A stretch of DNA of 49,900 nt from Octopus bimaculoides (GCF_001194135.2 NC_068989.1:68378967-68428866), one strand, 5' to 3'; shown: positions 12,419 through 24,961, counted from the stretch's first letter. A program made the numbers and translations. Notes: generated by a model not told the origin, from the sequence alone.

Positions 12419-12558
12419 TATACACAGATATTTGTTCATATATACATTCACAAAAACATACATATACACTTGTGTATGGTGTCTATATGTGTGTATATAG
12501 GCGTATGTACGGATATGTATATGTATACATGAATTTTTATAAATACACGCATCTGCGC

Positions 12559-12597
<39 letters not shown>

Positions 12598-12677
12598 CAT
12601 AATTATATGGATGTATATGTACTTACATATCGCACAAACATATATGTATGTATATCTGTATTCAAATTGACACACTC

Positions 12678-12686
<9 letters not shown>
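12190..12686. repeat. About 105-bp near-identical inverted duplication (12190-12298 / 12583-12686) around a small gap
   Basis: Reverse complement alignment shows one substitution and one 1-nt indel. Confidence 0.85.
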
Positions 12687-12717
<31 letters not shown>

Positions 12718-13442
12718 CATAAATATTTATATCTATATTTATGCGTATACATATGCATATATGTGAGTGCATGTATGTATGTATGTATGTATGAGTGTAT
12801 GTGTGTATGTATGTATTTATGTATGTATGTACAGAGAGAGCGATTTTGATAATACACAACCAAAGTATTATATCTGTGTTGAAATGGAATTGGTAGATAA
12901 TTGGATATTATGACAGAGTTTCCGTTAGAGGCGCTAAGATAGTCTGATCTATTACGAAGTAATACACGAAATGATAATAGTGATTACTATCCTAAACTTG
13001 CTCTTGATTGGTTTATTTTCTATTTACTTGGGTATGGAGAAACTGTCTCTCTTTTTTGCAAAATTAATGGTTGTCTCTGGTAGTTTTAGACTTTTGGTAT
13101 TCATATTAATCATTTGACATACGTTAAGTTAGTAACTTCGATTCTTTCTAATCTTTTACGGACGTTTTCTTTCACAACAGCCCCTCTCTCATTCTCTCTA
13201 TTTCTCTCTCTCACTCTTTCCTCTTTCACTCTTTCTCGCTTTCACACGAGCGCGTGCACACACACACACACACACACACACACTTACCTATTTCCCATCT
13301 AGATATTTACATTTATAAATATTAGATAAATATATATGTGTGTGAATATACATGCGTGTGTGTGTGTATGCATATATGACTATGTGTATACAAACGTGTG
13401 TGTGTGTGTATACATGTATGCATGCATGTATGTATGCATATG

Positions 13443-13506
<64 letters not shown>
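13443..13506. repeat. (GATA)n microsatellite
   Basis: Perfect run. Confidence 0.97.
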
Positions 13507-13507
<1 letters not shown>

Positions 13508-14035
13508 GCGGAAATATATAGCGGAAACTTCGATGAGTATATAGGTACATGCGTAGCTCTGTCACGGCAAGTCGTTGAATAGCACAGCTTGTCATTGAAC
13601 GATGACAGGAATATTATTAAATCTCGTGTCAGTTCAAAGCGTCTGCTTTTCCGGTGTCTGTTACTGAAGAAGAGATAACCACTCCGAAATGCATACATTT
13701 AACAGTCATTATATCAGCTGTTGTGTGCAAGAGGTACTTGAGTGACACCAAAGTCTAACATGAATATCGCTGAATAGGCATTTTTTTTTTTCGCATTTTT
13801 CATTTGGCTATTGTGAAAGTGATCGCTTATTGTACAAGTCTTTTCACTTCGGCTTTGCTCGCTGCAGTAAGGTCACTTGCATTTCGTAGTCACTATCTTC
13901 GAGGATCTACGGAGTTCTTTAACTTGTTCGCAGATCTTTCAGCAACATCATTTTAACAGTTTTGTATACTGCTGGTTTCATATATGCTTTTGTTCATAAT
14001 TGAGTCACTTTCCTCAACTGTTGCACTAGAGTCTA

Positions 14036-14187
<152 letters not shown>

Positions 14188-14189
<2 letters not shown>

Positions 14190-14487
14190 GGTAGCTTGCT
14201 GGTACAATTGTTAGCATGTCGGAAAATGCTTAGCGGCATTTCGTTCGTTTTACGTTCCCAATTTTCAAATTCTGCCGAGACATTCCATTTGGGGCCGAAG
14301 AAATAAGTACTAGTTTAACACTGGGGTCGATGTAATCGACTTAGCACTTCCTTCAAACTTTCTAGCCTAGCTGGCAGAACCGTCAGCACGCCGGGCAAAG
14401 TGCTGAGCGGCATTTCGTCCGTCCTTACGTTCTGAGTTCAGATTCTCCCGAGGTCCACTTTGCTTTTCATCCTTGCGAGGTCGATAA
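14188..14487 (+). mobile_element. Two tandem copies of tRNA-derived SINE family A (second is 3'-truncated)
   Basis: Family signature gctggcagaa..gttagcacgccggg..aatgcttagcggcatttcg..gttctgagttcaaatt..gcctttcatcc..gtcgataa. Starts at about 14188 and 14369. Confidence 0.85.
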
Positions 14488-14507
14488 TTATTATTATTAT
14501 TATTATT

Positions 14508-15184
14508 GAGTGAGAGAGCTGTGCATGCCATCAAAGTGACACTGGGGTAAAATATACAAAGCCCAATATACCCATCATGACTACCCGTCTGATAAGGGTA
14601 CACCAGGCACATGCATCACAACCATATGTGCGCGACATGGTGATCTCATATCAAGATAAACAGCGCATGCCCTCGCAGGTGGGGCCCAGTTAGAATTTTT
14701 TTCCTGTCGAGTAGCCCATCCCGCTCAAAAGGTCCCTGAATAAGGTCTGTTTAAGGATGTTGAGCAAAACACTCATGTTTCCAAAGGTGAATTATTCAAA
14801 CCCCAAAGAACTCCTCTCAACACATGGCTATGATGCTCCCCCACTACTTCTGCTCGTGATCAGAGATGCACATATTGTCAGCCACCAAGGGACATGCTCA
14901 ACTGGTTAAGGTCAAACAACTGACAAGCAAATCTGTGGTATTAAACAGAATATTTGCTGTAGCCCATCTTTTATACCAAGACAAAACAACGTACATGATA
15001 ACACTTCCAATCAATTAAGACCAGTAACCATGAGAGCCACTGCCTGGTACTGCATCAGGGCATTAGCAGAATATTTGCTGTAGCCCATCTTTTATACCAT
15101 AAGAAAGCATGTACATGATAACAGTTCCAATCCGTTAAGATTAGAAGCCATGAGAACCAGTGCCTCGTACTGCGTCAGGGCATT
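14508..15184 (+). mobile_element. Unclassified (ATT)n-associated retroelement (element X) with tandemly duplicated 3' 120 bp
   Basis: Preceded by an (ATT) run and ends gtactgcatcagggcatt. 14944-15064 is repeated at 15065-15184. The same end occurs at 24866-24961 next to (AAT)n. No ORF recognised. Confidence 0.7.
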
Positions 15185-15849
15185 TATTAAAAATATTTCC
15201 ATTATTATTACTTATAAATATACGCGCCTTCGTGTTGTTAAGCACATAAGAAAAGATATATCATAAACACTCGTATATTATTTTCATATAATTTTGTCTG
15301 CGCCATTACATTCGATATTCGGATGTAATGCTGCAGACAAATTGTTATAATTGAATTCAATTTATATGATCACCAATAATTAGTAAGATCATATTTGTTT
15401 CTAAGAATATATACTTGTCATCTATTTGTTTTATTAATTTTTATCCGAATGAAAAACTAAATTGACTTTCGTGGATACAGTACACACTAGTAAATATATT
15501 AATATATAAACACGCATTTTTGTGTGGTTTCTGTGTACACGTATGTGTGCGCCTGCTTCTCTGTCTGGGTGCACATATGTATTATCGGAATGTCGGTGTA
15601 TCGGAACGTCGGTATATCGGAATGTCTCTGCGTACATGTATGTACATTATATATATGATGGCTGCAAACTCATGTTCGAGTATTGCCTTCACCTGATCGA
15701 AAGTCCCACGCATGCGAAAGCTACGACCGGCTAATTTTTTTGATAGATCATACTTTTTGTTCATGCGATGCCTATGCGTGATGATTTTTGATAGTGGGGA
15801 AAGGATTTGCACCAATCCAATCCCACTCACTGAACGTGGACAACATAAA

Positions 15850-16030
15850 CTCGAAAAGAAGAACTAGTCTACATCGTCGAATAATGTCAGTGTCGCAGGT
15901 TTTCCCTCAGAGTTTCCTTCTCCTAGAGAGATGTGACAACACCAGAGGGGCCTCCCAGTCCCACTGGACCAACCGCGCTCCTGGACACCAACCCAGGACA
16001 CCAACCCAGGTATTTCCACGTCTCCACGCA
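15850..16030 (-). mobile_element. GC-rich repeat fragment, possibly an RTE-type 5' UTR
   Basis: Minus-strand ggagaaggaaactctgagggaaaacc resembles, from recollection, RTE 5' UTR motifs. Contains 13-bp direct repeat GGACACCAACCCA x2 (15983-16008). Confidence 0.3.
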
Positions 16031-16085
16031 TACATACGCATGTACACATGTATATGTATATACAAACGCAAATACACACCTATAC

Positions 16086-16160
16086 ATACATTGTCCTTAC
16101 CTTCGAAACGCGGAGTAGATGAAACAGGGACAACTGATGAAGGGGTATATTCTTTATGTT
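16086..16160 (+). ncRNA. Second, degenerate copy of the permuted hammerhead-like motif
   Basis: TTGTCCT-TAC-CTTC-GAAACGC-(15 nt)-GGGACAA-CTGATGA-A-GGGG. Stem I has different sequence but retains pairing. The cleavage-site strand is not conserved (ATACA instead of GCGTH). Confidence 0.4.
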
Positions 16161-16455
16161 GCATTATCGTTTCTCTGTTTGTTTGTTTTTTCATTGTTCG
16201 AAAAAAAGTTCGTTTTCTATGTTTTCGTTTTTATGTTTTCGTTTCTCTTTGTGTTTAACGTTTTTTTGATGTCCTGTACCCATATATGCATGTATATATA
16301 CATATATATGTAGGTATGTACATATATGTATGTATATATGCATATATTTATATATTATTTATACTATTATATGATCGAACGCCACGCATCCTTTTCCAAG
16401 TAAGTTTTACATACATACATACATAAATACATACATACATACACACATACATACA

Positions 16456-16486
<31 letters not shown>

Positions 16487-16982
16487 CTTTGGCTTCATTG
16501 AAAGCTATGTTATGTTTTTTATTACGTATCACATTTTACAATGTTTGACTCAGTCATTAAACTGCGAATATATTCCTTTATCTATATATATCTCTCTTCT
16601 CGCTTTTACTTCATCGATAGATAATGTGATTATGTGTGTGCATGTGTGAGTGCGTGTGTGCCTGTGCGTACATCTGTGCCTGTGCACCTGTGTGTGTGCA
16701 TGTAGGCATCGATCATGGCTACATACGAAGATATTCAAAATTGTAGATAATTATATATATACTTCTGTATGTATTATGTAATTATGTATGCATCTATGTA
16801 TGTACGCATGTATGTATGCATGCATGCATGTATGTATGTAGGTATGTATGTATATATGTAAGTATGTGTGTATGCATGCATGCGCGTGTGTGTATGTGTG
16901 GATGCATATATAACATATGTATGCTTATATGTATGCATATATTTAGAGAGACACAGAGAAGAGAATGATGTATATGTATAGG

Positions 16983-17103
<121 letters not shown>

Positions 17104-18007
17104 GCATACATATATATATGCATACATATACATATATATGATGAATGTATATATAAGAATATATACGTGCTTCAGCGTTAATACCAGCCGAGTGATTGAT
17201 CGACCGATCGATCTGTCAGAACAAATCACAAGCATTAATGGTTAAGACTGATATTCATTTCCTAACTGTTACAGTGACGAGTTAAATTTGAACTTTCCTT
17301 TTACTTTTTTTTTTCTTTGTCTTTTTTTGTTTTTTTGTTTTTTTACTCTGGCACTTTTAACACTTCAACTTAACGTTTTATTTGCACTTATCTGAAATGA
17401 CATGCCTCGACGTCATTATGATCAAAGCAAGAGATGATCTTATTTTTATCTAATGCAATTCCCATCGCCGCCACCACAATCAACAACATAAATTATAGAT
17501 TAAAATGTCACAACTGCGTCTATGTTATAGGATAAGTAAAGCCCCTGGCATTGGGTAACAAATTTTAAAGGTACATCAAAGTTTAAATATTTGTTGTCAT
17601 GCCAGAAAATACTTACGTAATAATGACACATACACAACACTTCTCGCAAAGATTACAAACAAAAACAAGGATAAAGAAGATGGGAACTAGAACACACTAT
17701 CCAATGAACAAAAATATAAATTAAAATAAAATTAAATAAAATAAAGCAGCATAGAATCACTAAAAGAATTCTGATGTGTCTTTCCAGTATAGGATTACAA
17801 TCTCCAGAACAAGTATAATCGATATAATTAGTATTTGAATGATGGAAAACATCGGCACGGAACTTTGAAATAAAACAATCCTGATTCAGTACAAAAACGG
17901 TGCCATTGCAATCCTCAACCGTCAAGAGATATCTCTGTGCTCATTTAGCTTGCTATTAATAGCAGCCAAATCTCATCTAAATCATCCCTTAACCTTTTCA
18001 ATAATAA

Positions 18008-18209
18008 TGGTTTTAAAATATTGGCACAAGGGCAGTAATTTTAGGGTAGGGGTTAAGTCGATTACATCGACCCCCAGTGCTCAACTGGTGCTTACTTTTT
18101 CGATCCCGAAAGGATGAAAGGCAAAGTCTACTTTGGCGGAATTTGAACTCAGAACATAAAGACGCATGAAGTACCGCTAAGCATTTTACCGGTCGTGCTC
18201 GCCGCCTTA
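18008..18209 (-). mobile_element. SINE family A copy
   Basis: Reverse complement of family signature. A more degraded copy follows at about 18225-18430. Confidence 0.85.
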
Positions 18210-19599
18210 TCTATCTTGAATAACAAAGATTACTAATTCAAGTGCAAGGCTTATGCATTTAATGTTGAGGAACTGTAGAATAAATTAATCCCAGTTTTTG
18301 ACAGTTACTTTATTTTCATCGATCCTAGATGATGGAAGGCAAAGTTGATCGCGATGGGATTTAGTTTCACATGTTAGGATCTTCGGCTACATATCACGAG
18401 AAATTTTGTCCGATGCTGTAATGATTCTGTCAATCTGTCATTCTTACAGTATTGAAGATGCAAAAGCACATTAATAATTTAGTCCTACGAAAGACGAGAT
18501 GGCCATGGTTGAAATTACTGTGATTATTTCTGACACAGGGATGAATAACAAAAACCACAACGACAACAACTGGTTTAAAGATTTGAACAATAAATTATGC
18601 ATGTATATTTATGTTTGGGACATAGGCATGAGTAAATGTTTAAGGTTTTAAGAAATCAACTTTTGAAACCATAATATGCCGAGATTAATCTCACTGAGAG
18701 CCCCCCCCCCCTTGGACGATATGTCCTTTTTCTATAGCCTTTAACTGGTGTAACACTGGTAACTGGAAGAAATATGAAGGAAACCGTGTGGAAGCCTTTC
18801 AGATATTTTGCAAACCATAGTGTATTTCCCATGTTTTCATTAAGTGCACAAATTTATGTGAAAAACAATAAATTTAGTGAATGCGGCGTCGAAGACACAA
18901 GTTAGACATTCAGAATCACACACACCGTTAACTTCACTTAAACATCCATTTGTAATATGGTATTAAAATGTTCGTCGCACGAAACCGGAAACTGTTTTCA
19001 GACAAAAATTTGATATGCAGTACAATTTTTTGTCAGTGAATAGGTTATAGTTTCGAACGGCAAAAATTTCGATGCCATATTATAAATAAATGTTTTAGTG
19101 AAATTAAAGGTCTTCGTTTGTTTCTGAATGTGTAACTTGTGCTTTCCATGATACAATCGTTTTAGTTTCAGTACACGATCTCACATCAAAATACTTACTA
19201 TGCAAGTACATCTCCGTCGTAGTAAATTCACTATAAGTGTGTAGATTAGATGATGAGTAATATACTGCGTAATATAATGAATTAGTTAAATGAAATGATT
19301 AGTATATACTCCTTCTCGAAACCGATATGAATTCCATCATAGTTGTTTATGTGTAAATTATTTACGTAGAAAAACCATAAAACTACCAAATGGATTCTAG
19401 ACAAAACAAAACTAAATGACAATTTATAATAGTGGTAATTTATAATGGTGGTAAGATTGAGTTGGATACATCCAGAGGATGAGTGAACAAAATACAGAAG
19501 GAAAAACTTAAAAGTTGCAACATTCTGAGGGTCCACAAGAAAAGAAAGCAAGAACGACGCAAAGAAGAAACGTATTGCCTTTTGAATTCTGTTCCTCTT

Positions 19600-19670
19600 T
19601 GTTAAGCGCTGGAGATCATGGATGCAGGCATCATCTCTTCCGCTCTCTCTCTCTCTCTCTACCTCTCTCT

Positions 19671-19734
<64 letters not shown>

Positions 19735-19990
19735 TCCTGCTTCCTCTCTCCAAGTTTATGCATTCAGCCAGAATCTTTCTGGGCCGTTATTCTAAGTCTG
19801 CCCAGCGTCTTTCTTTACTGTTTTCCCTTTTATCTTTTCCCTGAAATTGCTTCTTCCCTCTAGGATGTAGGTGCTGCGGTTCTGGGCTCTGATGACATGC
19901 ACGCATATACTGTAGCTTCGTCTTCCTAACAGTTGCCAAAATTTCTTTTCTATTCCTATTTCCTCGAGTACTGTCCAGCTGTGAGAAAGT
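19600..19990 (-). mobile_element. RTE-clade LINE 3' fragment interrupted by (CT)n (19643-19731)
   Basis: Minus translation with frameshifts: VLEEIGIEK/EILATVRKTKLQY/HVIRAQNRSTYILEGR/RRWADL..AECINL. Matches the RTE C-terminal pattern (RKRKLQYFGHVxR..ILEG..RRRW). Confidence 0.7.
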
Positions 19991-20686
19991 ATTTAAGGAT
20001 TAGATTGTTATAAGCTTTTCGATTATTTCCTATTTTATTTATTCATATATTTAATTATTTTTTCTTAATCTATTCTGTGAACTCGAGGCATGCGTGATGA
20101 AAATATATTTCATGTTCGTGGCGTATAGCCACCTCTATAAGACGATGACACTTCTGAAATAAGTTATAAGTCCTTTACTTCGATTTTAACCATTCAAATT
20201 AATATAGCAGTATGATACAAACATGAAAGGAGATAGTGTAAAATGTTATAAGATATCAACCAAAACCGTAGGACCAATAATACTGTGGCATGAAATCTGA
20301 TAAAACTGTTGCAGAAAGACGTAGAAAAAGTAGAAGAATATAAATATAGTAAATAGAGAATCTTACAACCAGCATGATATAAAAAAAATCTTGAAGTAGT
20401 AAAGATATTTACAAACGAACGTTAACTTATTGGAAGCGCCCGAGGTACAAATGTCGAAATTAAATGCAACCAACTGATGGTAGGTACCAATTTTTGGAAA
20501 CTCATCGAAAATTACCACTCGCCATGAAGTTTCAGGAAATTTAATGAATTTACAAATAACTACGAGAAATATAACTATTATCAATTTCCCAATTCATGCG
20601 TGTACCTCTCTCTCTCGCTTTCTCTCTTTCTCACCACCCTCTCTCTCTCCCTCAATCTCACATACGTTCGCACTCACACGCACACA

Positions 20687-20727
<41 letters not shown>

Positions 20728-22431
20728 CGCGCATACTCAGACACACACATAAATACACAGATGCATACAAATATACAATCGTAAATATATTTATTAATTC
20801 ATGCACACATTCTTCCCAGACAGACAGTTAGTTAGACAAACAGACAGACTGACAATCAGATAGATAGATATAGAGAGAGAGATAGTGTGTGTGTGTGAGA
20901 CAGAGATGAAATGCTAATATATGTAAACAAGAGACATGATGTCTATCATGAGCAAGTGGTCTCTTGAAGTTGTTATCACCATCATTCCTTTATTCATTCT
21001 CCTGTGTTTTAACCACACAGTTGTGGCGGACGTCTGACAAATAATCAGACTTGTCTAATTGTTTTTTTTTTTTTTTAACTGATCCAGTAGATCACAAATA
21101 TGTTCTCCGTTGTAGCTGACTATAACAATTGTGACAGCCTACACTTCCCCAACCTTCCAAATCAAAAACAAATTTTATCTAGGTACGATGTAGATGACTC
21201 GAAACTGTTTCTTCAACTCCGCGTTGGCGTATTAGTAAAATTAAGCAAATCTTGTTGCTGTGTTTACTGTTTCTTATCATGACAAGACGCATTTTATGGA
21301 TCTCCAGAAACTTAGACTATTACCATGTTCTTGAAGAAAATTATTTCACAGGGAAAAAAAGGCCTCGAACCTTTAGAAGTAAGGTTATGTATAACTGTCC
21401 AGTCAGTTTTCTTTTTATACGTTATTAATTTAAATTGTTGCATATATGTCGCCCAAAACAGCTTTAAAAATTTGAAACTCTCCTTTAAAGTAATAATGAG
21501 TATAATGCGTTTTAAAAGCAGGAAACAAGGAAAATTAAAATTATCAAATGCCCAACACAGCTCAACAAACGAAAGATTATTGATTTCCCATGAATACTAT
21601 TAACACAAATGTAACTGACGTTGTTAGCAAACAATAACCAGAACGACTTCCAGGCGCGTACACCGAGCAAAATGTAAACAGAAATACTTTTAAAAGCGAC
21701 AGTGTTGCTTGTGTTGTTAGTTTAAGAGAATAACTGGACACGGGGAAATATACAGAATAGCAAGGATCCTGACAGAACTAGGTGAAGTGGAACCGGCTCT
21801 CTTTACTTGATGAATATATGCGAGAATTGCAAAATAGAATTTCATTTGTTTGGTATGCTAAAAAGTGGAAGAGGGTTTCAATTGTTCTCAAAAGAGAAAG
21901 AAACAGTCTCTGTAATATCATGTTAACAAAAAACTGTTGAATCGTCTAGTAGGACTTGGGCATACAAGCCCTCTGCTCGATAAGAATTAATTGTTCTTTT
22001 GTTGATGTTCGATTATTCTGTTCGATATTTTAGAAAATAATTTTCACATCACAGACAATGAAGTGTAAGGCCGTAGATTGCTGTGATTTGAATTAGCTTA
22101 TTTATTAGATAATTTAAGGGCAGCAACCATAGGACAAAATGAAAACCATGAGAGCATTCCTCTTTAAATATTTCTTTAATGTCATTGTTATCCTACTGGT
22201 AAATTACCGTCTATGGATTTGATTTGAATTGTTTGAGAAAGAGAATGCTGAACATTGCCATCATCTGGTAGTCTAGTATCTCAAACAAGAAACACCAATA
22301 ATTTTGGATGCTGCTAACGTCAGAATACTTTCAGTTTTCGAAGTCATAAATCAGATATTTGTGATGCTTTGAGTAGATTTCGTCCAGTTTGTATTATTAC
22401 TATGTACACTTCTATCCAGGCAGGATATATA

Positions 22432-22648
22432 CAAGGGGTTGCTGAAAGGTTCCTGGCTTTGGGTAAAAGAAAATACAGGAAAATCGGTTAATTATGATTT
22501 TATTAAACATATTCCCCTCTCAGATCCATATAGTTGTTGCAGCAGTCCTTCAGTTCTTCTACGCCCTGTAAAAGGACTCGGAAGTTTGGGCTTCTAACCA
22601 GGCCTTTCGCGATACCCTTAAAGCCAGGAATTGTTCAGCACCATCTCG
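22432..22648. mobile_element. Mariner-type MITE, 217 bp, TA target duplication
   Basis: TIRs caaggggttgctgaaaggttcctggcttt / aaagccaggaattgttcagcaccatctcg. TA at 22430-31 and 22649-50. Confidence 0.9.
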
Positions 22649-23164
22649 TATATAGCCTTATTTTCAAAAGTACGTTTGCAAAATATTTCTTAGGTTTGTT
22701 GTTATTGGTTTTTAAAATATTTGCGTATTATTTCCCAAAATGGAATTTACAAGTACTATTTTTCTCGAATGGTATAGAATTTTGATTTATTATTTAAAGT
22801 TGATATTTTGGTTTTTGCTTTTTGTTTTCGTTTCAAACATTCAAATGTTAGGAATCGTGTTTGTTCGCTGTTTGTGCTGTGTTGAATCATACATGATGTG
22901 TTTTATTAATTCCCCCTTTTTTTCTATGAAGGGTTATATACTTTCAGTTGAGTAATTTTACATGCTTCGCAGCTTAGAATTTAATTTACTCATCCAGTTG
23001 TGTTCTTTCTTGATATCTTGTATATTATGTGGCATAGATTGTTTATTTAATCCCGCACAATCCACTGGTTTTGAGTATTCAAGCATATAGAAACTAATTT
23101 TTACTGGATAAATGTAAAGGGCACCGTAATGTTGTTATTTATTGTCTTCTTCTGTATATTACAG

Positions 23165-23314
23165 AACGATTCCTTTATAATGTGTAATAACATGAATACA
23201 AACTCTTTACACCAACATATAGACATTCCAAACGCCGAAAATGACTTAACTACTTTGCTTGATAACAGCAACGAAAACAACAATGATAAGAATAGTCTCA
23301 TTCACAGACTTGAG
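23165..23314 (+). CDS. Candidate coding exon (150 nt, phase 0-0), Asn-rich, unknown product
   Basis: Polypyrimidine acceptor ttcttctgtatattacag and consensus donor GAG|gtaagt. Reads NDSFIMCNNMNTNSLHQHIDIPNAENDLTTLLDNSNENNNDKNSLIHRLE. Confidence 0.5.
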
Positions 23315-23712
23315 GTAAGTCCTGAGCGATACGTAAGACAGCAATTGCATCCATTTATCACGACAATGTTATGGTACCGCCGACCTGCACTTCAGTAGCG
23401 AAGCTTAGAGGGAATAGCAATCAGAAAATGACAGCTGTTCTAATTCTCAGAACAACAAATACGGCCAGAATGCAGGAAGCGTGCTCGTGACAGACGTTAC
23501 ACGAAAATGATACCATAACATTATCACATAGTAAGGCAGGACTATTCAGGGGGTAGGTACTGTGTCTTGTTTCGTCTCACGCAAAGAATGTTGATGCATA
23601 ATACTCCAGTATGAGCAGCAGAATAGGAGAGAGCAGAGAGGTGAAATGTTCTAAACGGTTTCTAACCGGTTCTGCGGGTGGGGAATCCTAAATGCATGTA
23701 CTGCCTAAATAG

Positions 23713-24097
23713 GTTGGTTGGCACTCCGTCGCTTACGACGTCGAGGGCTCCAGTTAGTCCGATCAACGGAACAGCCTGCTCGTGAAATTAACGTGCAAGT
23801 GGCTGTGCACTCCACAGACACGTGTACCCTTAACGTAGTTCTCGGGGATATTCAGCGTGACAGTGTGACAAGGCTGACCCTTTGAATTACAGGCACAACG
23901 GAAACAGGACGTAAGAGTGAGAGAAAGTTGTGGTGAAAGAGTATACAGCAGGGTTCGCCACCATCCCCTGCCGGAGCCTCGTGGAGCTTTAGGTGTTTTC
24001 GCTCAATAAACACTCACAACGCCTGGTCTGAGAATCGAAACCGCGATCCTATGACCGCGAGTTCGCTGCCCTAACCACTGGGCCATTGCGCCTCCAC
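23713..24097 (-). mobile_element. tRNA-derived SINE family B, full length, 13-bp TSD
   Basis: Head ggaggcgcaatggcccagtggttaggg and ggtttcgattc. TSD actgcctaaatag at 23700-23712 and 24098-24110. Near-identical to 30889-31271. Confidence 0.92.
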
Positions 24098-24379
24098 ACT
24101 GCCTAAATAGTATCTTGTATAATTCACAGTATGTGATCGTTTATAGTTGTTTATGTATGTCTTTGTTTTCGGTTTTAAAAGTTCTTTTTTGTATAACGTC
24201 TCCAACCAACCCTTCGTTTATTTATAATTTCCTGACCGATCCCATACGTTCTTCAGTTAAACCCAAGTTCTAACGTCTCATATTTTAACTGCACGCGCAT
24301 TATGATAAAATTAATTACCCCAAGCGGTTAAATAATCTGACGAATTATTGTCACTTCACTTCTTAGAGTTCTCGATTTC

Positions 24380-24818
24380 ACTTGCTCCGGCTATGTCTGT
24401 AACAGCGGACAACCTGTTGTCAAGGGTCTCATTGGGTCTTTTTCCATGATACTTAACATCCAAATACCAATCTCAAAATCATCGCTGTACCCAATAAAAC
24501 AGTTTTCCAAGCATGTTCTCCCTTCATGTCAATCCTAATTTCTCCAACAAATTTCTCAAGTGTGATTGTTAATGCTCCCAACGCCCCTAGAACTACTCGG
24601 ATGACAGTTACTTTCTTCCTTGTCAACATTTTTAGTGGTTTGTACTTCTCAATCTTTTCCAGTTCTTTATCATTCCCTCATACATCCCCAAGTGTAGCAA
24701 AATCAACCATTACGATTTCCTTCATTATTTTATCAACAACAACAACGTTCTGGTCTACGAACGTCAATCACTAAATCATACTGGATTGTAAAATCCCACA
24801 ACTTTTACACATTATTCT
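24380..24818 (-). mobile_element. R4/Dong-clade LINE 3' fragment (restriction-like endonuclease domain and 3' UTR)
   Basis: Minus translation LWDFTIQ..RRP..DK..VDF..DKELEKIEKYKPL..VVLGALG..WKTVLLGTAMILRLVFGC* is the typical R4/Dong RLE C-terminus. Confidence 0.85.
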
Positions 24819-24819
24819 C

Positions 24820-24821
<2 letters not shown>

Positions 24822-24865
<44 letters not shown>
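24822..24865. repeat. (AAT)n microsatellite / tail of element X
   Basis: Perfect run abutting gcccggatgcag. Confidence 0.95.
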
Positions 24866-24866
<1 letters not shown>

Positions 24867-24961
24867 CCCGGATGCAGTACCAGGCAGTGGCTCTCATGGC
24901 TTCTGATCTTAATTGATTGGGAGTGTTATCATGTACATATGCCCGGATGCAGTACCAGGCA
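24866..24961 (-). mobile_element. Element X 3' end, partially duplicated
   Basis: Matches 14990-15064 in reverse. gcccggatgcagtaccaggca occurs at 24866 and again at 24941. Confidence 0.8.

Noticed and set aside
13790-14035. Possible R2/HERO-type C-terminal remnant (AERSANKL) on the minus strand
   Set aside because: Similarity is limited to a few residues across several stops and frameshifts.
17653-17925. 90-aa minus ORF with Cys-rich part and hydrophobic tail
   Set aside because: The hydrophobic part derives from AT-rich low-complexity sequence, there are no convincing splice sites, and the upstream end is a repeat.
21650-22370. Protein-like plus-strand stretches (RLPGAYTEQN..; LFEKENAEH..)
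   Set aside because: Poor acceptors or internal stops, and no recognisable domain.
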